NCBI GenBank assembly: GCA_964252035.1
Contig: OZ176212.1
From: Podarcis erhardii
Lineage: Eukaryota
Reading direction: 5' to 3' (one strand)
DNA: 64,000 nt
The position numbers were made by a program, and so were the translations under genes. This document shows positions 49,461 through 64,000 of this stretch, in pieces (position 1 is the stretch's first letter; each line of letters starts with the position of its first letter). A model generated the notes under the pieces. That model did not search any database. It had not been told where the DNA came from and saw only the letters and a list, made by a program, of their open reading frames with translations.

Positions 49461-50403
49461 GCATAAGATGCTGCCATAGTAAAGGATTCGAAACATTGCA
49501 GGATGCAATGGAGTAAACAGATTCCCTGGAGATATGAAAACAGTACCACAATTGCGGGCATATATAGCTCCATGTGAAAAAGGATATACAGTAAGTGCTT
49601 AAGAGAGGAATAAAATATGTATCTAGGACATCAACATTCTAAGGCTGGGGGTTTTTTTATGGCTGTATTCTGTGACATGTCATTGACACATTATTAGTGC
49701 ATTAGTTAAAGTAACTGCCTGATAGTCATTGGTTGTGGATTTTATACTGGACTGTCCATACATCATCGACTTTATTAGCTGTTCCGTGATGCTTCCTCAG
49801 TGTCACTGCATCGTTGCACTTGTTTTGCTCTGTAGCACAACAAAAGTAATATTTTTTTAAAAGTGGAAGATTTGCGTTCTAAAAAGCTACAGGATTTCAG
49901 GAGGAAATCACAGCCCACGCACTGATTGGGAAGGGAGCAGTATATCCGCACCAAAACTTTTGCAGGCACAAACAATATTGGAAGCAGGATTGGGAATAGC
50001 CACCCAATACCTCACGAGAGCAGAAATAATCAGGGACGCACGATAAAAGAATCCGGAAGGACCCTTAGTGAGGCAAACACCAGAGTCAAAAGGTGAAAGG
50101 GGGAGCAACTATGAACCAACAGCTTTGGGGGCACCGTGCAGGCAGGCTGCCTGTCACACACAACTCTGTTCTCCAGCCAAGGACCGTGGAGGAGGAAAGG
50201 AAGACCAGAGACACCATCATCTGCCCATCTCTCACGGCCTAATGACAGGACTGCTCCCATGTGTAGATGGGGACATTGCAGCAAGAGTGGCTTTTCTTAT
50301 CGCTTCATGACCAATTGCACATGCCAGCTAAAATTCCCTCTTTTACGCAGCTGCAGCTGCTTTACAAACTTATGAGTTTATAGATACAGTATATAGATAT
50401 ATA

Positions 50404-50600
50404 AGCCAGTGTGGTGTAGTGTAGTGGTTAGACTCAGGGTTGGGCCAGGGTTCAAATCTCCACTTAGCCACGAAGCTCGCTAGGTGACCTTGGGCCAGTC
50501 ACCACTTCTCAGCCTAGCCTACCACACAGGGTTGGTGTGGGGATTAAATGAGGAGCGGGGAAGGACAATGTTCGGCTCTGTGGATAAAAAGGTGGGGTAG
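50404..50600 (+). mobile_element. tRNA-derived SINE
   Basis: A-box-like TGGTGTAGTGG, B-box GGTTCAAATCTC (50449-50460), then non-tRNA body; no cloverleaf 3' arm. Confidence 0.65.
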
Positions 50601-52081
50601 AAAGGCATTCAGTATGAAAAATACATGCCCTGTCCCCTCTTCCCCACATTTCATCGCCCAGTAATCCCGGGGAATGTCGTTTGATTAGGGGTCTGCCGGT
50701 GATGCCTAAATTACCTCAGAGGACCACAGTTCTCAGGGTCTCCTGTGGAGAAGAAACGGCTGTTAAACTAATTAATGCATGAAATGCAAAGGGAAATGTT
50801 TATTCTGCAATTGGTCACCCTGCACCAGAAAACTGTTAATTCGGTGTTTTTCAGTGCTTCAGTGTTTTTCGGTCCTTCAGACTAGAAAATGCCAGGAAAT
50901 AATAAGAAAATGGACTTGACCACGTACAGAAGGCAGGTTCCTTCAACACTAAATTACCACAGCCCAATCTCATATGTCTGGGATTATGAGCACAGTTGGA
51001 GGCCAAGCACTTGTTTGTTTAGAAATCCAGCGCTATCGTAACTGCCAGGTGTCCTGGAGTGAAAAGGCTTAGTTGTCATAGCAGCAAAAGCTAGCCTCCC
51101 GGTCTTGTTAACCTGCTTGCTGTTTGCCCATAGCGAAGGACTGTGGTCGTGTTTTGTCCAGCAGGACACCCATGTTTTTTAACGGCCCCAGCACACCAAG
51201 TAACACTTTTCCTGGCATGTAAGGAAGGGGTGGGAGAGCCTGTCAGCAGTCCAATACCCAAAAAGGTAAAGGGCAAAACACTGGCATACATTCACCCCTC
51301 CTCAAAGCCATTGTTGACGTAGCTCTCATTTTTCAAATTCTTCCACTTGCATTGTACAGCATGTACCTTGGAAAGGATGGGATCTACTTTGCTGAGTTAA
51401 ATGTGCCAGGAATCAACAGGCTTGTATTTGTATAAGTCTGGATAAAGACCTCTGGATGTAAAATACGACATTTACTAAATAAATTAAAGCAATACAGCTT
51501 TTTTTAAAAAAAGAGATATACTCCACAAAATATTAATCAGTGCACTAGACACAATCCTTCCCCTAAGGTTGTATTTCTTCTGTGAGGGGTTGGTGGCCTG
51601 CCTAAGAAGTTATGGGACATCAGGCTGAGTGCCAGTATTTATATAAGCACCCTTAACAAGTAGCTGACAAACCAATAATTTGCAGGAGCTTTCCTTGACA
51701 CGGGAGACAAACCAGACTGAAAAACCTCCTTTGCTAAAGGTCTGCTATTCAGATCTTGGTTGAAAGTCCATGAGTGCCCTTCCTAGGAGGGCGGCAACCA
51801 CAGACACCAGTGTTATATGTGAGTGAAGTCTCTGGTCACTTCTTAATACACTGTCAAGGCTTTCCAAAGTGTAGGCAACGAATTGTGTATGGTCTGTTAA
51901 TGAGAGAAAGGAGGCTGCAAGACCATGAAGATGTGTGGTTGGCGTCAGAGAAGGAAAAGTAGGGCAGCAGCTCATAGAACTGGGCAGGTTGCCACCCCCC
52001 TAACAGCATTTTTATTTACACGTGACCAGGTTTACCTCCCATGTTTTGAAAAGGCTGGCCTCTGATAAAGGATCAGGAAGA

Positions 52082-52120
52082 TGGCTCATATTCTGGCTCA
52101 TATTCTGATGGCTCATATTC
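52082..52120. repeat. Three copies of the 12-mer TGGCTCATATTC
   Basis: Units at 52082, 52094 and 52109. Confidence 0.85.
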
Positions 52121-52365
52121 TGCACAGCTGGGGTTTGGCAACCCTACACCCACCTCCCCCTTTCCCCAACACAAGAGAAATACTTAACCAATCCAGAGAA
52201 CTCCGACATACTAATGTCTTCATCCTTTGCTCACTAAATTCCTCCATCTCCTCTTCAGTCCTTTCAGATGGTCCAGAACAATCGTAGGCCTCGAAAGTAT
52301 TTTTCAGACAATCAGTAGATCAGCATCTATTTCAGTAGATCTATTGAGACTTTACTAAACCTAGC

Positions 52366-52520
52366 CATGGGTGCACCCAGGCTTTTTGTTGGGGGGGGTA
52401 GGACTTGGTTAGGGGGAGCAGGACTTTTGTTGGGGAGGCATAACCGATGTGATTGGTCAGTTAGTTAAGTATTTCTATTGTTTTACTTGATATGGGGGGG
52501 GGGAGCAGCCTACACCCATG
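52366..52520. mobile_element. hAT-type MITE
   Basis: Terminal CATGGGTG...CACCCATG; TSD AACCTAGC/GACCTAGC (7/8). Confidence 0.7.
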
Positions 52521-52742
52521 GACCTAGCAGTGTTGAAATAGGTTCAGGACACAGACGGGCTGCCATATGTCCGGATTTCAAAGGCAGAATTGACATATGG
52601 GGAAAGGGGGAGAGGAATTTCTGAAATGTGTCAGTCTCTTGGCATCTCTTGGGGGTTTCCTTAAAAAACAGCTCAACAGCTTTCGGGGTATCCTGGTTTT
52701 TACTTGGAAATATGGGAACCCTAGGCAGACACACCTTGCTGT

Positions 52743-52856
52743 CATGGGCATAGCCAGGGGGGCAGCTGCCCCCCCCCCAAATCCATACAAATCTTAGGTT
52801 ATCCCCCCCAACAAAAACCTGGCCCCCCCCCAACAAAAAGCCTGGCTATGCCCATG
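52743..52856. mobile_element. hAT-type MITE (114 bp)
   Basis: Perfect 16-bp TIR CATGGGCATAGCCAGG/CCTGGCTATGCCCATG and perfect 8-bp TSD CTTGCTGT (52735-52742, 52857-52864). Confidence 0.88.
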
Positions 52857-53475
52857 CTTGCTGTCCTTCAGTGTTTGTCTGGGAATCTCTCTGAGCTTAT
52901 GCTCCAGCTGCTATAAATTGAGAGGCGGCTTGGCAAAAGAAGAGGAGCTGGGGCCTGCCCTGTGGTGTCTTTCTAAACTGAGAGAGAATGTACAGTGAAT
53001 CACCGCTGCAAGAACTTAGCAGAACCAGGGCTAGCTTTCGCTAAAGGGATAAGCAAGAAGGCAGAGGACAAGTGCAGCAGCTGGATAGCTGGTGGAGTTC
53101 CTCGCTGCCAAGGACAAGCACAAGCCAGACTGCCACACGGGACTTTTGGTTGGGAATGGGAGGGGAGCTGTTATCCTGCTTTGTTTTACCTGAATGTATG
53201 CCTCTCTCCTGTGAGCCAACAATAACACCATATGGGGTCGGTACTGGACATCTGCACAGCAGGCCCTGTGGACTGTTCATTCAAAATGGATCACTTTAAG
53301 CCACCCGCTGACTTGTGCTTATCAGGAAATCTTGGTGAAAACTGATTAAGTCCATGCTAGTCTTACTCAGAGTAGGCCTGCTGAAGTTAATGGACACAAG
53401 CAACTTCGGTTCATTAACTTCAATTGTCCTCTTACTGTATAAAAGCTACTGAGTCCTATGGAGAAATGACCACCG

Positions 53476-55326
53476 TGGACTTCCGGGTTAGCGCGAACGG
53501 CTAATGGCGGATTCCCTCCGAGCTCCGGAGGGAATCGGCTCTGCTGAGGACGGGTCTTGCCGTGCCGGCGACACGGGGACCCTCAGAAACCGCAGGCGCG
53601 GAAGCCTGCGGACTTGGTGACTCGGTGGGCACCTTAAGCGCCCTCCCCGACCCACGAAGAGCCTTTTTAAAGGCTGCGGAGAGGGTACGGAGAGTGGCGT
53701 GGTGCTGAGAGTAGACCGCTACCTCAGTAGAGCGAAGCCGCAAGCCATGGCCGGAGAGCGCTGACTTTCTTCCCAAAATTTGGACTGGATAACAAAGGAC
53801 CCGTGAGTAGTGGAATTTGGACTTTAAAAATTTTATCCTGTGAATTCGGCACGATCGGGGGATGTGTTAAAGGGAAGTCCGCACCCCCTCTACTTATAGA
53901 CGTTTCAAAGCAAGGAACGGAGAATTAAGGCGGAATGAATACTGTTTTGAAGATTTAAAAGTTTCTCACAAATTTGTTAGAACAAGATTTTTGTGCTGGA
54001 GAGAAAGGGAATTTGGAACTTTGTGTGTATCCCCCCCAAAAAACCCGGGAGTGTCCTATTTGGGTCCCGGAGGAAGAAGTGAAAGGAGTTTGACAGCTGT
54101 CAAAGAAGCTGTCAAACGGGCGGACAAAGTAAAGAATTTTGCTATTTAATAACTCTTGGATTTAAAGCTGATACATTTGGACTGAAGCGATTGAAACAAA
54201 GTATTGATAATAACAAAGTAACAGATTATTGGAAAAGGACTACTAAATAACTGAAAGCCCCCTAGGGGGAATTAGTGACATTACAATGGCTGCAGAGGGA
54301 AAATTACTGGCGGAGATAGAAAAAATGTTCTTTCTCGTGGGAATCTTGCAGGAGCAGAGTATGGCTCTAAGTAAAGTTTTTATGACCTTGAATCCTGAAA
54401 CAAACAACTCTGCTGAATGCACAAAGGAGATGTATGATAAAAATTCTGCAGCTGAGCAGGAAGAGATGCCTTTGGAATTGACAGAGAAAAAAGAAGGAGT
54501 TCAGACACTACAAGTGGAAAATATCAACCAGGAATCTGCAGCGTTAGAGTATGAGCAAAAAGACCTTTGGATTACAGACCTGCGAAAGATGAGAAAGAAG
54601 AAGAGAGAAGCCCCTGGAGTACTTGGAATATTAAAACTAGAAAGAACAAAGCAATATGATTGGGACTTTTCTCTTGAGTATGGAAAACTAGATGGCCTTT
54701 CGCAGTAAACACTCTTCAACATTCTGAATGAAAGAAAATATGATCTGACTCTGACTGAACTCCTTCGGGGTCTTAGGACCATCAAAGAGGACTACCAATA
54801 TAGCTGGCAGAGAGGGACTGACAGAGAATCAGACGCCTCGGACGTGAGGAATCCGGGCTAGAAATATTTTTTGTTTGTTTTCTGGACATTTGTCTAGGAA
54901 GGGACAGAAACCGGGGCAGGGGGGGGAGAGAATAGAATTATAAAATGTTATGTTTTGTTTTACTTGGTCAATGTGACCTATAATTAATATAATAAAGGGA
55001 AAATTTGTGAAGGGGAAGTTAGATCGACCTTAAAAAAAAGAAATTAATGATTATAAGAGAATTGGATAGTTGAATATAGATAAACAAAAGAATTTAATTT
55101 TTAAAAGCAATGTGAATATCTTTAAGAGGTTAGGTAAGAACTTGCTGAATTAATTTTGGAATTGGGATGTAAGAGGAGGGGGTGGGGGGAAGTCAATGAA
55201 AGTGGGTAAAGAAACTTAGGGTATGTAATTGTATTTGTGTGTTTGTCTGTCTTTGTCTTTGTGTGTGTGTCTGTTGTTATAAAATGTAAAAACCCAATAA
55301 AAATTATTTTAAAAAAAAAAAAAAAA
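53476..55326 (+). mobile_element. Young non-autonomous L1-type retroposon (half-L1-like, about 1.85 kb)
   Basis: Perfect 15-bp TSD GAGAAATGACCACCG (53461-53475, 55327-55341); CpG-rich 5' end starting GGACTTCCGG; 140-aa ORF 54286-54708; AATAAA and poly(A) tail; no RT or endonuclease motifs seen. Confidence 0.85.
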
Positions 55327-58300
55327 GAGAAATGACCACCGATACTGGGTTTAAGCAAAGAGCAAAGCATGTTTTTTTTGCTTTTCTTTAGTGTGGGGTG
55401 CCCGACAGGAAACATGTGGAGCTGGAAAATCTGCTTTAAAACCCACCTGCACTGCACAGTGTACCTTTGTGCACCTGTTGTTGTTGTTGGGTTGGCTGGC
55501 AAAGCTTTTATCTTATTCCCAATTATTCCCCCTCTTGCACACAAACACTCATCTCCTCCCTTTTGCAGCATAGAGGTACAGACACCGCGGCTTTTACAAA
55601 TGGTGCGTTTTATTTATTGCTCCAAAATAAAAGCAAATGAGGGTGGGAAGGGGAATACCTAAGGGCTGAAAAATAGGGGTGTAAGGGGTTATGGATGCAA
55701 AAGGAAGCATTCCCCAGAAATCCCATCTCCCTTGCAGACGGGGGTGGGTGGGTTACATCCCACTGTCCCTTTCCCCAACATGAATGGAACTATGAGGGGA
55801 ACCATGATGCCCACAGAGGGTAGGGAGAACCTGGGAAAATGTGATGCCTTTTGCCCTTTTTCAAAATGCAAGAGAACGGTCACGGGGGCAGGGGGAGAAT
55901 AGTCGTTCCAACAAGTTTGATAATACGGGAGATGAGAAATGGACAGATGGGGAAGTGATATACCTATATCCAGCCCCATATTGGAGGTAGGTGGACGGAT
56001 GTAGTTCTTAAAGAGGGCAAACGCCTCCCCTGCCCCATATACACCCTTGGGGGACTTGAGATTTCGTTCCCTCTAGGGTGTGTGATTTGGCACTCCCCAT
56101 CGGGATTCTCCCATAAGCTTGCAGAGAATGTCCTAAGGGGATGAGGTCTCTTCCTAGCACTTGATTTCTTAAAACATTATTTTCATACATTTTGGCACTG
56201 TGGATCTTGCCTTTTTCTTTTCTTTTCTTTTCTTTTTTTTGCAAACACCTAAGGGGGGAGAGTCACACAAAATGCTTTCTCAGCATCCTTAAAGTGGGTG
56301 TCAAGTGACAGTTAATGACTTTCTATTCTGATGATTAAAGGGGAAAGCCTCTCCCTTGCTTGCGGTATGTATTCTGAAAGAGTAAATGCCCTTCTGCCCA
56401 GAAAGCAGACGCTAACACCTAGTGCACATGTAATTTTCCTGGCAAATGGGTATGGCACCTTTTAATAAGAAAACCAGCCTTTAAAAGGATTAAAACGATT
56501 TTTCAAATGTAAATATTCATCTGTGTTCTATCATTCAAGGGATACTATGGAGAACTAGAGGCTATAAAGCCTCGTTATTTTTATTCTTTTTATAAGCAAG
56601 CTAGAGAAATATACAGTGGGTTGTGTGTGTTTTTTTTTCATTTTAAAAGGCAGCAAACTAAAATAAAAAATAAATATTGGCACAATTGTTCTTAAAAGCA
56701 GGTGTAAGATTAATGGCTTTCAATGGTGTGTTTTTTAATTGAGTCATAAAAAATACCTGCCTATGCTATAGCCTTAGAAATTCCTTTGTCCCCAAATCAC
56801 TACAGCCCAATGTTTTGTTTTTAAGGGAACTTGCTCACTAGGGAAATAACCACTCCGCTTCATTCCTTAAAAGACAAATCTGAGATTCATTTTCCGCCTG
56901 CGTGTTAATCTGAAGAGGCAGAAATTGAGGGAAATTATGGGAAACTTATATGAGGTTATACACAGTAGGAAGTTCTCCTGTGGGAGCTCCATTAAAACAA
57001 AGAACGTAAGCATGTAAGTCAGTCAATGGGGCTTGTTCATGAGAACTTCCCAGAGGCTCATGCCCTAAAAGTCTATGGACCACCAGATTTCAAGTTTTAA
57101 GAGTCTCCGCAACGAATGAAGACTCAGGGATTGTTTTCCCCAGTGGAATATTTATTCAAAGATGAGAGCATATAAGTCTTATTTTCATTTGGGGGGCAGA
57201 CATCCCATAACGTTTTCTTGCCTCAGACAGAAAATAAGAAACGACTCCCTCTCCAGTATGATAACAAACAAAATGACTGAGAAGTTGCTGCCTGAGGCCG
57301 GTCCACCTCGCCATGCCAAAAATTCCTAAGCAAGCATCTTATAGTGGGATCTGTATTTTGCAGGACCTGTTTGACAGGGGGCAGGGGGTGGTTTTTCTTG
57401 CTTTTAGGGGGGTTGGTAGGAGGATTAGAGGAAGAATGGCAAGATGTAATCAGAAAGCCCTTAGTAGGAAGCCCCACTGAACGCAGCAGGATTTCATGCC
57501 AAGTAAACATACACAAGAGTTGCACTATAAAGCTGCTATTCACAGTGCCTTCTTTTTGCGGGATCTACCAAGAGCCCCCTCAATATACCACTTAATTACA
57601 AAGGTGCCATCTAAGCAGAGTGTGTCACCTTAATATCTCCACGAACCTGTTGCTGGTTTCTTTCTCGTACTGCCACCTCAGTTCACCATGTGGGGCCTTT
57701 GCAAAACCCATCTATGCTATGGTATGGTCAGGTGGAAGTACAATGTTCGGGGACCCTGCTCTTCCCCCTCTCAAATGACAGGAGGTGTTGGTTTTATTTC
57801 AGGGGATGTAAATGTTTTTTTTTTCTCAGTTGCACAAGAACATAGCAGAAGTACATTCTGCTGAACTCAACAGGACTCACTCCCATGTAAAGTGTTTAGA
57901 ATTAGGGTTTCTTCATTTAGCAGGGGTGGCTAACCCCCAGGCCCAGGAGCCTGATGTGGCTCCTCCATTTTTTTCTTGCCCTCCAAGACCCCACTGATTT
58001 TGGGCAGCTGTGGGATTAAGTAGATATGGTGCTGGGCTGGGCAGAGAGCTTTCCGTCTCTCTGCCCAGCCCAGCCCCCAATGGGGATGCCAATTGCCCCC
58101 CTCCCAGGTCACCAGATTGATAATTTGATGAGTAGGGAGGGAGCAATAGCCTCCCCCATCCCTCCATCCTCAGATAATCTTCATGGATCAGCAGAGGAGC
58201 AGCCCAAAAAAATAAGGTTAGCCACCACCCCAGATTTACAGCATCTATCAGTTTTCAGTTGTGTTATTCTACTGTTTTATGCCATTCCCTTTGGCACCAA

Positions 58301-58931
58301 GTACAGCTTGCTTACGGCAAGGTCTTCTACAAGCGCCACAAAATGCTGGTTTCGAGTGATGTTACTGTACAATCTACTTTCCAAAGTGTGTGGTGTTGTT
58401 GTTGTTATTTTAATGGCAGCACCTAAAACTGATATCCACCTCCTTAGAAAAGACGTGGGGGACAAGACAAGGGAAGAAAGGGATGAGGCGCAACCCCTCC
58501 TTTCTCAACCACTAAGGAAATAATAAACAACAGGCGGGGAGGAGGGAAGTGAGTTAGTAAACAAACAAACAAATAAACAAAGAAGTAAAGAAACAGGTAA
58601 AGCAGGAAAAAAAACCTGTGTGCGTGTGTGTGTTGTCTGTGTGTGAAACGCGTTTGGCACATTGAAGAGGGTATTTACAAGGAGTGGGGGGCGGGGAGTG
58701 GACGGCGTCCAAAGCTGGGAGAGTGGACAGTGAGGCAGCAACATGGGGAGGAAGGGAGGAAGGTGAATCTGTGGGGCAGAGAGGAGAAGCTCCCCTTCTT
58801 CCCGGCCGTTTCCCCTAAACTCCCCCGAAACCACCTTCCACTATTCCCTCCTTAAATAGGAATCGTTCTCAGTCGCTGCTCCTCAAACCCGCTCAGGTTG
58901 GGGGGGAAGAACACGAATCCTCCGACATCTT

Positions 58932-63412
<4,481 letters not shown>

Positions 63413-63644
63413 TTAGGGACTACCTTCCCTCAGGCCACGTTCCCCACCACCGCCACCTATGCTTCTCCTTCTCCCATGGTAAGCGGGGAGTCCTACAGGC
63501 CCGTCCTCCCAAACAACTCTCCTAGGATAACAGTGAGATGGCAACAAGCTGAAGGGAAATCCCAGATCAGGGATTCTGCACACAACACTATCGGGCTTTC
63601 TTCTTGGTGAGTAAAGTCCATTGTTCCATGGACAAATAGAATGA

Positions 63645-63645
63645 C

Positions 63646-63708
<63 letters not shown>
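63645..63708. repeat. Compound (GT)n(GA)n microsatellite
   Basis: Direct reading. Confidence 0.95.
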
Positions 63709-63712
<4 letters not shown>

Positions 63713-64000
63713 AAACATTATAGAATATCCTGTTCTTCTGGTTAATGATTGTCTCACAGGAAAAGACCCCTGCAATAACACTGTCAAGATAACAAAAACT
63801 GAACCTACATCAGGCTGAAATGGAAGCAGGATTGGTGTCAGCAGTGGAATAACCAATCTATCCCAATCTATCTCTCCCCAAAACTAAAAATGGGCAAGAA
63901 TGGTCCCTCCTTCTTCCCTACGCTTTTCTTCTCCCTCCTCCCAGCCTGCTCTTTTGGCCTTCCTTTCTTTTCCAGTGGGGAATCTCAGACAAGCAGAGCC

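Noticed and set aside
50404-50470. tRNA-like A and B boxes
   Set aside because: No acceptor stem or anticodon arm; continues into a SINE body.
53690-53712. TCAGCACCACG resembles the left half of an RE1/REST site
   Set aside because: The right half (GGACAG) is absent, and it lies inside the retroposon 5' leader.

Overview
Vertebrate genomic DNA, not microbial. The repeat content (Sauria SINEs, L2, CR1, BovB tail, hAT and Tc1/mariner MITEs) points to a squamate, probably a lacertid lizard. The window corresponds to the human 16p11.2 gene cluster. I reconstructed five protein-coding genes by hand, checking GT-AG splice sites and frame: DOC2A (+, 10 coding exons, 386 aa), INO80E (-, 7 exons, 246 aa), HIRIP3 (+, 7 exons, 730 aa), a DUSP14-like atypical dual-specificity phosphatase (-, single coding exon, 206 aa) and the last 7 exons of SEZ6L2 (-). 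INO80E and HIRIP3 share a bidirectional CpG-island promoter with four ZNF143/THAP11-type motifs. Most notable: (1) the DUSP14-like gene has no counterpart I know of at human 16p11.2 and may be an ohnologue lost in mammals; (2) gene order and orientation between HIRIP3 and SEZ6L2 differ from human; (3) a young 1.85-kb polyadenylated retroposon with a perfect 15-bp TSD, a short ORF and no recognisable RT (half-L1-like); (4) an AT-rich but CpG-rich segment with three U6-PSE-like motifs and no recognisable RNA gene; (5) an uORF whose stop overlaps the DUSP start codon, plus a 3'UTR hairpin. I found no wholly new multi-gene system. Gene names rest on recalled similarity to human proteins and on synteny; no database search was run.
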